Below, in pieces: positions 8,886-19,419 of a DNA stretch of 64,000 nt. The notes under the pieces are model-generated. The model ran no database searches, had not been told where the DNA came from, and saw nothing but the letters and a program-made list of their open reading frames with translations. This stretch comes from Elusimicrobiota bacterium (GTDB lineage: Bacteria; Elusimicrobiota; Elusimicrobia; UBA1565), in contig JBDRPD010000054.1 in NCBI GenBank assembly GCA_043827405.1, positions 79,691-143,690 of the forward strand. Direction: 5' to 3'. Within the stretch, counting starts at the first letter, position 1, and each line of letters begins with the position of its first letter. The translations under genes and the position numbers were made by a program.

Positions 8886-10498
8886 AACTTGAGAAACTGT
8901 CCGGCTACAATAAATTCCCCGGGCCCCTGGTAACGGTGATCATGGACGGCATGGGCATCGGCAGGCCCGACGCCTCCAACGGCCTCCACGTCGCGAAGAT
9001 GCCGCACCTCAACGCCCTGCTGCGCGAGCCCCTCTACGTCCAGCTTAAGGCGCACGGCAAAGCCGTAGGCCTGCCGTCGGATAATGATATGGGCAACTCC
9101 GAGGTCGGCCATAACGCGCTGGGCGCGGGCCGGGTCTTCGCCCAAGGGGCGCAGCTCGTCAATAAGGCGATCTCTTCGGGACGCATCTTTACCGGCAAGG
9201 CCTGGAGCGAGCTCGGCCGGCGTGCCGCCGGCGGCGGCACGCTGCATCTGATCGGCATGGTTTCGGACGGCAACGTCCACAGCCATGTGGACCATCTCAA
9301 TGCCCTTATCGACCGCTGTGCCGGCGACGGCGTCAAGCGTCTGCGCGTGCACTGCCTGCTCGACGGCCGCGATGTCGGCGAGAAGAGCGCGCTCGACTAC
9401 CTGGAGCCGCTGGAGAAGAAGCTCGCCGCGGTCTCCGGTTCCGGCAGGGATTACCGCATCGCTTCGGGCGGCGGCCGCATGGTCACTACCATGGACCGCT
9501 ATGCGGCGGACTGGAGCGTGGTGGAGCGGGGCTGGAAAGCGCATGTCCTCGGCGAAGGCCGGCAGTTCGCTGCGGCGTCCGCGGCCGTCAAGACGTATTA
9601 CGACGAGAATCCCAAGATCACCGATCAGTATATGGACAGCTTCGTGATCGCCGAGGCCGGCCGGCCGGTGGGGACGATCGAGGACGGCGATGCCGTGGTT
9701 CTTTTTAACTTCCGGGGCGACCGGGCCATCGAAATTTCACGCGCTTTCGAAGACGCGGATTTCACCGCGTTCGACCGCCGGCGCCGCCCCGACGTCTTCT
9801 ATGCGGGGATGATGCAGTATGACGGCGATGCGCAGATTCCAAAAAACTACCTCGTTGAGCCGCCGGCCATCGGCCGCACTCTCGGCGAATATCTCTGCGC
9901 CGCGGGCCTGACCTCTTACGCCATTTCCGAGACTCAGAAGTTCGGCCATGTGACCTACTTCTGGAACGGCAACAACTCCGGCTATCTCGACGAGAAGCTC
10001 GAGCGGTATGTGGAAATCCCGTCGGATAGGGTGAACTTCGATCAGAAGCCGAAGATGAAGGCGGCGGAAATCACCGACGCTGTATTGCCGGCGATCGCCG
10101 GCGGCGAATACAAGTTTATCCGCCTGAACTACGCCAACGGGGATATGGTGGGCCATACCGGGATCGAATCCGCGATCATCACCGCGGTGGAAGCGGTGGA
10201 CGAGTCGCTCGGACGGCTGCTGCGGGCGGTCGAAAAAGCGCAGGGCGTCCTGCTGGTGACGGCCGATCACGGCAATGCCGACCAGATGTGGACGGAAAAA
10301 AACGGCAAGCGCTCGCCGTTTGTCGCGCATACCTTGAACCCCGTGCCCTTCATCGTTAAGGACTTCTCCGGCGCCGACCAGTGGAAAATGACGGCGGTTG
10401 AGAACCCCGGGCTGAGCAATGTCGCGGCGACGATATGCCGCCTGCTGGGCTATGCGCCGCCGGAAGACTATGATCCCGCGCTCATGGCGCTGAGGTAG
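8882..10498 (+). CDS. gpmI: 2,3-bisphosphoglycerate-independent phosphoglycerate mutase
   Basis: IMDG, DMGNSEVGHNALGAGR, SDGNVHSH, LDGRD, FNFRGDRA, NGDMVGHTG, TADHGNAD. Confidence 0.96.
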   Translation: MKLEKLSGYNKFPGPLVTVIMDGMGIGRPDASNGLHVAKMPHLNALLREPLYVQLKAHGKAVGLPSDNDMGNSEVGHNALGAGRVFAQGAQLVNKAISSGRIFTGKAWSELGRRAAGGGTLHLIGMVSDGNVHSHVDHLNALIDRCAGDGVKRLRVHCLLDGRDVGEKSALDYLEPLEKKLAAVSGSGRDYRIASGGGRMVTTMDRYAADWSVVERGWKAHVLGEGRQFAAASAAVKTYYDENPKITDQYMDSFVIAEAGRPVGTIEDGDAVVLFNFRGDRAIEISRAFEDADFTAFDRRRRPDVFYAGMMQYDGDAQIPKNYLVEPPAIGRTLGEYLCAAGLTSYAISETQKFGHVTYFWNGNNSGYLDEKLERYVEIPSDRVNFDQKPKMKAAEITDAVLPAIAGGEYKFIRLNYANGDMVGHTGIESAIITAVEAVDESLGRLLRAVEKAQGVLLVTADHGNADQMWTEKNGKRSPFVAHTLNPVPFIVKDFSGADQWKMTAVENPGLSNVAATICRLLGYAPPEDYDPALMALR

Positions 10499-10502
10499 GG
10501 CT

Positions 10503-11396
10503 TTGCTGCACTTCGCCGTCTCGGGCGTCGACGCGCCGCTGTGGCTGCCGCCGCTGTTCGCTTTTGTCGTCTCCTTTTTCACCTCGATGGGCGGTGTGAG
10601 CGGGGCTTTCCTGCTGCTGCCTTTCCAGGTAAGCGTGCTGGGCTACACCTCGCCGTCCGTCAGCGCCACCAATCAGGTCTACAATATCGCGGCTATCCCC
10701 AGCGGCGTCTACCGCTATGTGCGCGAAGGACGCATGCTGTGGCCCCTGACCTGGACGGTGATCGTGGGGACTCTGCCGGGAGTCTTTATCGGCTCCTGGG
10801 TGCGGGTCGCCTATCTCCCCGATCCGCAGAACTTCAAGCTCTTCGCCGGTCTGGTGCTGCTCTATATCGGCGGGCGGATGGCGGCGGATGTCCTGCAGAA
10901 GAAGACCAAGGCGGCGGCCGACGTCCAGCCGCGATCATTGGACGCGGTCAGGGTTTTGCGGTTTACCGCCCGCCGTTTGGAGTTCGACTTCGGCGGCGGG
11001 ACCTACGCCTTTTCGCCGGCGGGAGTCTTTATTATGTGCCTGTTTGTCGGCATGGCGGGGGGGATCTACGGGATCGGCGGCGGGGCGATACTCGCGCCGG
11101 TCTTTGTGTCGGTGTTCGGCCTGCCGGTCTACGCGGTGGCCGGAGCCACCTTGATGAGCACCTTCGTCACCTCGATAGCCGGCGTCATCTTTTATCACGT
11201 CCTCGCCTTGTACTATACGGGGTTGACCGTGGCTCCCGACTGGCTGCTGGGGCTGCTGTTTGGGGCCGGGGGGGTATGCGGGATGTACTTGGGCGCGCGT
11301 TGCCAGCGTTTTGTTCCGGCGCGGCTGATCAAAGGCGTCCTCTGCTTCTGCATCCTGTTTGTCGCCCTCAAATACGTTATTGGATTTTTTGTCTAA
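10503..11396 (+). CDS. Sulfite exporter TauE/SafE family membrane protein
   Basis: SMGGVSGAFLLLP and GIYGIGGGAILAP internal repeat, about 8 TM segments. Confidence 0.85.
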   Translation: MLHFAVSGVDAPLWLPPLFAFVVSFFTSMGGVSGAFLLLPFQVSVLGYTSPSVSATNQVYNIAAIPSGVYRYVREGRMLWPLTWTVIVGTLPGVFIGSWVRVAYLPDPQNFKLFAGLVLLYIGGRMAADVLQKKTKAAADVQPRSLDAVRVLRFTARRLEFDFGGGTYAFSPAGVFIMCLFVGMAGGIYGIGGGAILAPVFVSVFGLPVYAVAGATLMSTFVTSIAGVIFYHVLALYYTGLTVAPDWLLGLLFGAGGVCGMYLGARCQRFVPARLIKGVLCFCILFVALKYVIGFFV

Positions 11397-11402
11397 TTCG
11401 CA

Positions 11403-11469
11403 TAGGACGTAAGGCCCAACGGCGCACGGGCCTTCGGACCCGACGTCTCCCGCCTGGTTCGTCTATACT
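11403..11469 (+). promoter_or_regulatory. Tandem 16-bp palindromic boxes (24-bp period) plus -10 TATACT
   Basis: TAGGACGTAAGGCCCA (11403-11418), CGGGCCTTCGGACCCG (11427-11442), TATACT (11464-11469); same geometry at 26530-26596. Confidence 0.5.
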
Positions 11470-11480
11470 TAATAGATCTC

Positions 11481-12422
11481 ATGCGTGTATTTATTTTCCT
11501 GCTTTCAGCGCTTCTTGCCTCGCCGCTTCATGCCGAGCGGCTGGAGTCCGCTGCCCTCTCCGGCGCCGCCGGCTTCGGCGCGCTGCCGCGCATCCAGCCC
11601 GCCCCCGTCGCCGCCCCCGCCGGCATTTCGGTCGTCGATCCGTCGTGGATCGTCGTCGAAGGCCGCGGCGCCGAGCTGGAGCAGGCCAAGCGGCTGTTGA
11701 TCGCTGCGGCCGCCATCATCGGCCGCACGCCCACCGGCCAAATTCTCGCCCGCACCTTGACCCAGGGCGGCGGCCGCGTCATCGTCAATAAGGACGGCAG
11801 CTTCTACGTTTCCGACGACGACAACGCCGTCGTCGCCGGTCCCGATTTCGTCAATCCCCGGACGCCGGCCGTGCTCTCGCCCTTGTTTGCGCACGAGCTC
11901 GAGCATCTGGTGCAGGGACAGGGCGGCGTCAAAGGCAAGTCTGCGCGCGGCGCGCGCGAGCTGGGAGCTTTTCTTGTTCAATGCCGCCTTTGGATCGAGG
12001 CCGGCGCGCCCACCAATGACGCCGACTGGGAGCGCAACGGCAGCAACTCGCAGGACATGTGGGCCTGGATCGAATATCCGCACTCCGCCATGGCGGCGCT
12101 CAAGCTGCGCGGAAGGCTGGACTTCAGTTTGGCCGAGCGCAAGGTTCGGCGCTACTGGCGGGATGTCCTAGGCGAAGAGGCGTCCTGGCGCGGGAAGTGG
12201 TCGGCGAAATTCCCTAAAGATCGCGACAGCCGCGAGGCGGCGCTGTTTATTCTGGAGCAGGCTTCGCGGTTCGCTGAGGGCCGTTTGGGCGGCAAGGTCT
12301 CGCCGTGGCTGCCGGATTATCTTGAAGACCTGGCGGCGGGCCGTTCGCCCAAGCTTCCCGAAGACGCTTCCGCCAAAGACCGCGCCTTTATTGAGACCAT
12401 GAGTTCCGTATTCGGCCGTTAA
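11481..12422 (+). CDS. Secreted hypothetical protein with HExxH motif (possible zinc peptidase)
   Basis: Signal peptide MRVFIFLLSALLASPLHA; FAHELEHLVQ followed by RELGAF. Confidence 0.65.
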   Translation: MRVFIFLLSALLASPLHAERLESAALSGAAGFGALPRIQPAPVAAPAGISVVDPSWIVVEGRGAELEQAKRLLIAAAAIIGRTPTGQILARTLTQGGGRVIVNKDGSFYVSDDDNAVVAGPDFVNPRTPAVLSPLFAHELEHLVQGQGGVKGKSARGARELGAFLVQCRLWIEAGAPTNDADWERNGSNSQDMWAWIEYPHSAMAALKLRGRLDFSLAERKVRRYWRDVLGEEASWRGKWSAKFPKDRDSREAALFILEQASRFAEGRLGGKVSPWLPDYLEDLAAGRSPKLPEDASAKDRAFIETMSSVFGR

Positions 12423-13138
12423 GCGGTCTCCCAGATTAGAACCTCGGCGCCGTTTTCAGCTTCGGCGCGCAGCTCCAGAGAGCCCGCTTCGGTAAGCCGC
12501 GCGGCGTCGCCCTGTGCCAACATCCCCGAGCCCGCCAGTTCGGCCGCGCCCTTGGCGATGAAAACGTGAACGTGCTTGGCGCTCGGGATCGGGACCTTTT
12601 CGCCGGGCTTGAGCCGTCCGGCCCACAGCGCCGCGTCCTTCTGGTGGATCATGATCGCCGCGTCCCCGGCTTTGCCGGAGGCGACGCAGACGAGGCCCCC
12701 ACGGTCGAGCTGGTCGTTGACGTCGAGCTGCTCATAGCCGGGCCGCACGCCGGCGGTGTCCGGCCGCACCCACATCTGTATCAGCCGTACCGGCGCGGCG
12801 GCGCTGGGGTTCATCTCCGAATGCCAAATGCCGAAGCCCGCGCTCATGCGCTGAATGAGGCCGGGGTATATGACTCCGCGGTTTCCCGTGGAGTCTTTGT
12901 GCGCTAGCTTGCCGTCGAGAACCCAGGTCACGATTTCCATGTCATGGTGCTGGTGCGTCGTAAAGCCGGTGCTCGGCAGGATGATATCGTCATTGAGGAC
13001 GATCAGCAGGCCGTGTCCGGTATTGCCCGGCTCGTGATGCGGTCCGAAGTTGAAGGAATGATGCGACTCCAGCCATGGCAGGTCGGTGCGGGCGCGCTCG
13101 GCGGCCCGCCGGATGTCGACGCGCTCGGCGGTCTTCAT
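12419..13138 (-). CDS. Pirin family protein (YhhW-like)
   Basis: HSFNFG, LNDD, FTTHQHHDMEIVTWVLDGKLAHKDSTGN, QRMSAGFGIWHSEMN, IQMWV. Confidence 0.93.
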   Translation of the reverse strand: MKTAERVDIRRAAERARTDLPWLESHHSFNFGPHHEPGNTGHGLLIVLNDDIILPSTGFTTHQHHDMEIVTWVLDGKLAHKDSTGNRGVIYPGLIQRMSAGFGIWHSEMNPSAAAPVRLIQMWVRPDTAGVRPGYEQLDVNDQLDRGGLVCVASGKAGDAAIMIHQKDAALWAGRLKPGEKVPIPSAKHVHVFIAKGAAELAGSGMLAQGDAARLTEAGSLELRAEAENGAEVLIWETA

Positions 13139-13722
13139 GCGATGAACTTCCCGGCAAAGGCGATCTCAGCAAGCCGCTTGCGCCCGGAAGGCGCCTCCTG
13201 CGCGCGCAATTCTTCGGGCAGCTTGATCTTGTCCGCGGGCACGCCGACCGCCGCCATGGCCTGCACCTCGTAGCCTTCGGGTACGTCAAGGTCGGCGCGG
13301 GCTCTTTCGTGATCGAAGCCGCCCATGCCGTGCGCCGCCAATCCCATGGCGGCCGCCTGCAGGGCGAGGCTCATCCAGGCCGCGCCGGTGTCGTAGGCAT
13401 GCGCGGCGTTCGGCTGATCATTGTGCTCAAAGTGCGTGCGCGACAGGAAAACGAAGAGGGCGCCGCTCTCTTTGGCCCAGCTTTGGTTGAAGGGAACGAG
13501 CAGGTTGAAGAGCTTGTTCCAGGAGCCGGTCCCCTTGCGGGCATAGACGATGCGCCAGGGCTGGCTGTTGTAGCATGAGGGGGCCCATTTGGCCGCTTCG
13601 ATAAGCGAGCGCACCTGTTTTTCCGACAGGGGTTCTCCGCTGAAGGCGCGGGGGGACCAGCGATTGATGAAGAGCTCGTTCACGTCGGCTTCGGGGGTTC
13701 GTGTTTTAGCTGCTGTGCTCAT
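13135..13722 (-). CDS. Nitroreductase family protein
   Basis: RWSPRAF, EAAKWAPSCYNSQPWR, YDTGAAW, HGMGGFD; AAGGAG RBS. Confidence 0.93.
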   Translation of the reverse strand: MSTAAKTRTPEADVNELFINRWSPRAFSGEPLSEKQVRSLIEAAKWAPSCYNSQPWRIVYARKGTGSWNKLFNLLVPFNQSWAKESGALFVFLSRTHFEHNDQPNAAHAYDTGAAWMSLALQAAAMGLAAHGMGGFDHERARADLDVPEGYEVQAMAAVGVPADKIKLPEELRAQEAPSGRKRLAEIAFAGKFIA

Positions 13723-13751
13723 ATGGTTTTCTCCTTAGGTCGTCCGCCCAT

Positions 13752-13817
13752 AGTATAGGCGATCAACTATTATTAATCAAATAAATTGATTTAATATAAT
13801 AAATAGATTCTATCTAT
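13752..13817 (-). promoter_or_regulatory. Sigma70 promoter of nitroreductase-pirin with upstream LysR-type (OxyR-like) boxes
   Basis: Minus strand TTGATT (13780-13775), 17 bp, TATACT (13757-13752); ATAA-N7-TAAT (13781-13795) and ATAG-N7-CTAT (13803-13817) 22 bp apart. Confidence 0.65.
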
Positions 13818-13861
13818 GATGGTATCGCGCCGGTTCCGCGCCGAAAGCTATACTTTCCAGG

Positions 13862-15094
13862 ATGCCGACGCAAAAGAAGCGGGAGATCGAACGCAACCTT
13901 CCTCTCTATAAAATCCTGTCTCTCCTGAAATTCACGCCCTTCATGCTGCCGGTGATCGTGCTGTTCTGGCAGGAGAACGGCATGGATATGTTCGACGTCT
14001 ATCTCCTGCAGGGCATTTACGCGGTTTTCGTGGTGCTGCTCGAGGTGCCGACCGGCATGGTGGCCGACCGCATCGGCAAAAAGACGAGCCTGCTCATGGG
14101 TCTGTTCGCCTTCATATTCGCGGTGGCGGTTTACGGCTCGGGTCACTGCTTTCTCACCTTTCTCTGGGCGGAACTCGTGCTGGCTGTAGGGAGCTGCCTG
14201 ATGTCGGGTGCCGACAGCGCCCTGCTCTACGATTCGCTCCAGTACCTCGACCGCGAATCCGAGTACCAGCAGCTGGAAGGCGAGGCGCGCTCGCTGGCCA
14301 TGGTCGGCTTCGCGGTCTCCAACCTGCTGGGCGGCGTCATCGCCCATATCCTGTCGTTTCGCGCCACGGTGTGGATTACCGGTATCGGACCGATTTTGGC
14401 GCTGTTCGCCGTCTGCGGTCTGCGCGAGGTGCAGATCGTGCGCCGCTCCGCGACGTATAAGGCCGAGGCCGCCGCCTACCTGCGGCTGATCGGGGATGCG
14501 CTCAGGTTCGTGCGCAAGCAGCAGCTTGTGCGCTGGCATATCCTGCTCTTCGCCGTGCTCGGCGCGAGCAGCACCTGGCTGCTGTGGCTGTATCAGCCCT
14601 ATATGACCTTATGCGGCCTGCCGGTTTGGTCGTTCGGCGTAATCTTCGCCCTCTTCAACTTTTTCGCCGCTTTTATGAGCGCCATCGCGCATCGCGTATC
14701 CAAGCGCTTCGGGGACCAGAATACTCTGACGCTGCTGATGAGCCTGCAGATCCTGCCGCCGCTGTTAATGAGCCTGTTCGTGACGCCTCTCAGCTTCCTC
14801 TTCATCCTCGGCCACCAAGCGGTGCGCGCCTTCATGTTCCCGTTCGTGCAGGATCTGGTCCTGCGCCATACTTACGAGGACAAGCGCGCCACCATGCTGT
14901 CGCTGTGCGCCATGTCGAGCCGGCTGTTCTTCGCGCTGACCTGCCCGTTCATCGGGCTGATGGGAAAGCACCTCGCCATACCGACGAACATGGCGGGACA
15001 GGTGGTCATGCTGGTCGTCATTTTCGCTGTGCTGTCGGCGATGTATCTCCGCATTCCAGCCAAATACTTCACCGTGAAGACCAGAGAGGCATGA
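13862..15094 (+). CDS. MFS transporter
   Basis: LEVPTGMVADRIGKK (motif A), SGADSALLYDSL, about 12 TM segments, KRATMLS. Confidence 0.9.
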   Translation: MPTQKKREIERNLPLYKILSLLKFTPFMLPVIVLFWQENGMDMFDVYLLQGIYAVFVVLLEVPTGMVADRIGKKTSLLMGLFAFIFAVAVYGSGHCFLTFLWAELVLAVGSCLMSGADSALLYDSLQYLDRESEYQQLEGEARSLAMVGFAVSNLLGGVIAHILSFRATVWITGIGPILALFAVCGLREVQIVRRSATYKAEAAAYLRLIGDALRFVRKQQLVRWHILLFAVLGASSTWLLWLYQPYMTLCGLPVWSFGVIFALFNFFAAFMSAIAHRVSKRFGDQNTLTLLMSLQILPPLLMSLFVTPLSFLFILGHQAVRAFMFPFVQDLVLRHTYEDKRATMLSLCAMSSRLFFALTCPFIGLMGKHLAIPTNMAGQVVMLVVIFAVLSAMYLRIPAKYFTVKTREA

Positions 15095-15095
15095 T

Positions 15096-16550
<1,455 letters not shown>

Positions 16551-16578
16551 ATTATGCGCTTCTTCATCGGAGGCCCCA

Positions 16579-16833
16579 GTGGACGTTCTTGAGTACGCGA
16601 AGAGCCGAGAGACGGATATGGTCAAGCTCTACAAAAACTTGGCCGAGCAGTCTTCTCAAGAGTCCATACGTAAAGTGTTCCTGGCCTTGGCCGAGGAAGA
16701 GGCCGAGCAGTTTTACCTGATGGCGGCGCGCAACGAGGAGAATCCCGTTCTGCAGGAAGTATTTCGCTGGCTGGCCAAGCAGGAGGGGCGGCACCGGGAG
16801 GTGCTGGGCCGGGCCAGGGACCGCATCCGCTGA
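16579..16833 (+). CDS. Short rubrerythrin/ferritin-like protein, apparently internally deleted
   Basis: GGAGG RBS and GTG start; A..RE....LY..LA, VF..LA.EE, FY..AA, VF..LAKQEGRH; only 84 aa with one ExxH. Confidence 0.6.
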   Translation: MDVLEYAKSRETDMVKLYKNLAEQSSQESIRKVFLALAEEEAEQFYLMAARNEENPVLQEVFRWLAKQEGRHREVLGRARDRIR

Positions 16834-17027
16834 GCGCTGTGGACTCCCTTTCTCCTGCGCGGCGGCCATCCCGCGCCGCCGAAGGTCTCTCGTCGTTCAT
16901 GAAAAATGCTTTAATACACGTCCCCAGGCCATCCTCAGTAATCCGGTCAATCCCGCATACTGCTGCGTAGGCCGCAAACGATGCCGGGGCGCGTATTATC
17001 GCCGGAAAATCGGTGGAAACCGGGTTT

Positions 17028-18065
17028 ATGACACAGGGCAGAAAGAAAGAGCATCTGAGAATTTGCGCCGAGATGGACGTCGAATTCCAGCATAAAACGA
17101 CATTGCTGGAGCATGTCCATCCGGTCCATGCCGCCTTGGCGGAGATCTCAATCGATGAGATAGACACCGGGACGAGCTTCATGGGACGGAAGCTGCGCGC
17201 GCCGCTGCTGATCAGCGCCATGAGCGGCGGGGTTACGCACGCTCGCGACCTCAACCGGGACCTGGCGCGCGCGGCGCAAAAGCTCGGTATCGGTTTCTGT
17301 CTGGGCAGCCAGCGTCCCATGCTGGAAAACCCGAAGCTGATCGGCACCTATCAGGTCCGCCGCTTCGCTCCCGACGTGCCGATTCTGGGAAATATCGGCG
17401 TTCAGCAGGCCGCCGCGGCGAAGCCCAGGGACATCGAGCGGTTGGTGACCTGTATCGAGGCCGACGGTTTGGCGGTGCATCTCAACCCGGCGCAGGAGCT
17501 GAGTCAGCTCGAGGGCGACCGGCGCTTTCCGGACGGCTACCGTACCCTGAAGATTCTCGCCAAGCGCCTGCCCGGCCGGATCATGGTCAAGGAGACCGGC
17601 TGCGGCATCTCGCGCGAGGTCGCCCGGAAGCTTAAGCGGGCCGGCATCCGGGTCGTGGATACGGCCGGCGCCGGCGGCACCTCGTGGACCCGGGTGGAGC
17701 ATCTGCGCAACGGAGTGAAGCCCGCGGCGCGCGGCTGGCTCGACGAATGGGGCATCCCGACGGCGGCGTCCCTCATGGACGTGGCCCCGCTGGGGCTTAA
17801 GGTCGCGGCATCGGGCGGGCTGCGCAGCGGCTACGACGCGGCCAAGTGTCTGATGCTGGGCGCCGACGTCTGCGGCATGGCGCTGCCGGTCCTGCGCGCC
17901 TATATGCGGGGAGGTTATCCCGCCGTACTCGCTTTTTTCGAACAGGTCCGGCGCGAGCTCAAGACCGTCATGCTGCTGGTCGGCGCCAAGGATATCCCCT
18001 CGCTCAAGAAACATAAGCCGGTAATCACTGGAGAACTCGCGGAATGGGCAACCCGGACAAGATAA
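17028..18065 (+). CDS. fni: Type 2 (FMN-dependent) isopentenyl-diphosphate delta-isomerase
   Basis: RKKEH, ISAMSGG, GSQR, HLNPAQE, KETGCG, GAGGTSW, WGIPT, SGGLR; start at ATG 17028 (GTG 17013 alternative). Confidence 0.95.
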   Translation: MTQGRKKEHLRICAEMDVEFQHKTTLLEHVHPVHAALAEISIDEIDTGTSFMGRKLRAPLLISAMSGGVTHARDLNRDLARAAQKLGIGFCLGSQRPMLENPKLIGTYQVRRFAPDVPILGNIGVQQAAAAKPRDIERLVTCIEADGLAVHLNPAQELSQLEGDRRFPDGYRTLKILAKRLPGRIMVKETGCGISREVARKLKRAGIRVVDTAGAGGTSWTRVEHLRNGVKPAARGWLDEWGIPTAASLMDVAPLGLKVAASGGLRSGYDAAKCLMLGADVCGMALPVLRAYMRGGYPAVLAFFEQVRRELKTVMLLVGAKDIPSLKKHKPVITGELAEWATRTR

Positions 18066-19408
18066 ACCAGCCGAACGATCCGAAAGAAGAGAAGCCGCAG
18101 CATCGCACCTCGCGGCTGTCCGGCTTCTATAAGCTCGACGTCTCGGAACGGCTGGACAAGCTCGACGAATGGCTTCCCCTTTCAAACGAGGAAAAGTGGA
18201 TGCTCAAGAAGGAGACGCTGTCGCTCGAGAAGGCCAATATGATGATCGAGAACGTCATCGGCATTTTCGGGCTTCCCCTCGGTCTCGCGGTCAACTTTCG
18301 CATCAACGGCAAGGACTACGTCATCCCGATGGCGGTGGAAGAGACGTCGATCGTCGCCGCCGCCGGCAATATGGCCAAGCTTATCCGCGAGAACGGCGAT
18401 CTCACGGCCTCCTCCAAGCGCGCCATAATGGAAGGGCAGATTCAGCTGTTCAACGTCGACCGTATCGAGACCGCCGTCAAGAAGATTGAGAAGGCGAAGG
18501 AACGGCTCCTGCGGGTAGCCAACCAGCAGGACCGGATGCTGGTCCGGCTGGGCGGCGGGGCCAAGGATCTTTACTGCCGCAAGATCTCCACCGAAAGCGG
18601 CCCCATGCTCATCGTCCATCTGGCCGTCGCGGTGGTCGACGCCATGGGCGCCAACGCCGTCAACACCATGGTGGAGACGCTGGGACCCATTATCGCGGAG
18701 ATCGCACAGGGAGAGCTGCTGTGTCAGATCATCACCAACCTCTGCGATAAGTCGCTGATCCAGGCACGTTTCGAGATCGGCGTCGACTGTCTCGCGAAGG
18801 GGGATTTCTCCGGGCTGCAGGTCGCGGAGCGGATCGTGAAGGAGTATCACTTCGCCGACGCCGACCCTTACCGCGCCGCGACGCATAACAAGGGCGTCAT
18901 GAACGGTATCGACGGGATCGTCATCGCCACCGGCAACGACTGGCGCGCCGTCGAGGCGGCCGCCCACGCCTACGCCGCCCGTACCGGCCGCTATCGGTCC
19001 CTGACCAAGTATCGCATCGAGGATAATAAGCTGATCGGTGAGATTGAGCTGCCGCTGGCGGTCGGCGTGGTCGGCGGCGTGACCAGGCTGCATCCTGCCG
19101 TCGAGATCCTGCTCAAGATTCTAGGCAAGCCGTCGCGGCGCGAGCTGGCGGAGATTATGGCGGCCGCCGGTCTGGTGCAGAACTTCGCCGCGGTGCGCAC
19201 TTTGGTGACCGAGGGAATCCAGCGCGGGCATATGACTCTGCATGCCCGCAATGTGGCCTACTTCGCCGGCGCCATCGGCGAGATGGCGGTTCATGTGGCC
19301 AATCAGATGGAGCGGGAAGGGCTGATCCGCTTCGACCGGGCCAAGGAGATTCTGAAGAATCTTCTCGTGCACCGGCAGAACGAGAACGGCGACGGAGAGG
19401 AAGCGTAG
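18044..19408 (+). CDS. mvaA: Class II hydroxymethylglutaryl-CoA reductase
   Basis: ENVIG, PMAVEETSIVAA, DAMGANAVN, THNKGVMNGI, GNDWRAVEA, GIQRGHMTLHARN. Confidence 0.96.
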   Translation: MGNPDKINQPNDPKEEKPQHRTSRLSGFYKLDVSERLDKLDEWLPLSNEEKWMLKKETLSLEKANMMIENVIGIFGLPLGLAVNFRINGKDYVIPMAVEETSIVAAAGNMAKLIRENGDLTASSKRAIMEGQIQLFNVDRIETAVKKIEKAKERLLRVANQQDRMLVRLGGGAKDLYCRKISTESGPMLIVHLAVAVVDAMGANAVNTMVETLGPIIAEIAQGELLCQIITNLCDKSLIQARFEIGVDCLAKGDFSGLQVAERIVKEYHFADADPYRAATHNKGVMNGIDGIVIATGNDWRAVEAAAHAYAARTGRYRSLTKYRIEDNKLIGEIELPLAVGVVGGVTRLHPAVEILLKILGKPSRRELAEIMAAAGLVQNFAAVRTLVTEGIQRGHMTLHARNVAYFAGAIGEMAVHVANQMEREGLIRFDRAKEILKNLLVHRQNENGDGEEA

Positions 19409-19419
19409 ACTCAAGCCGT

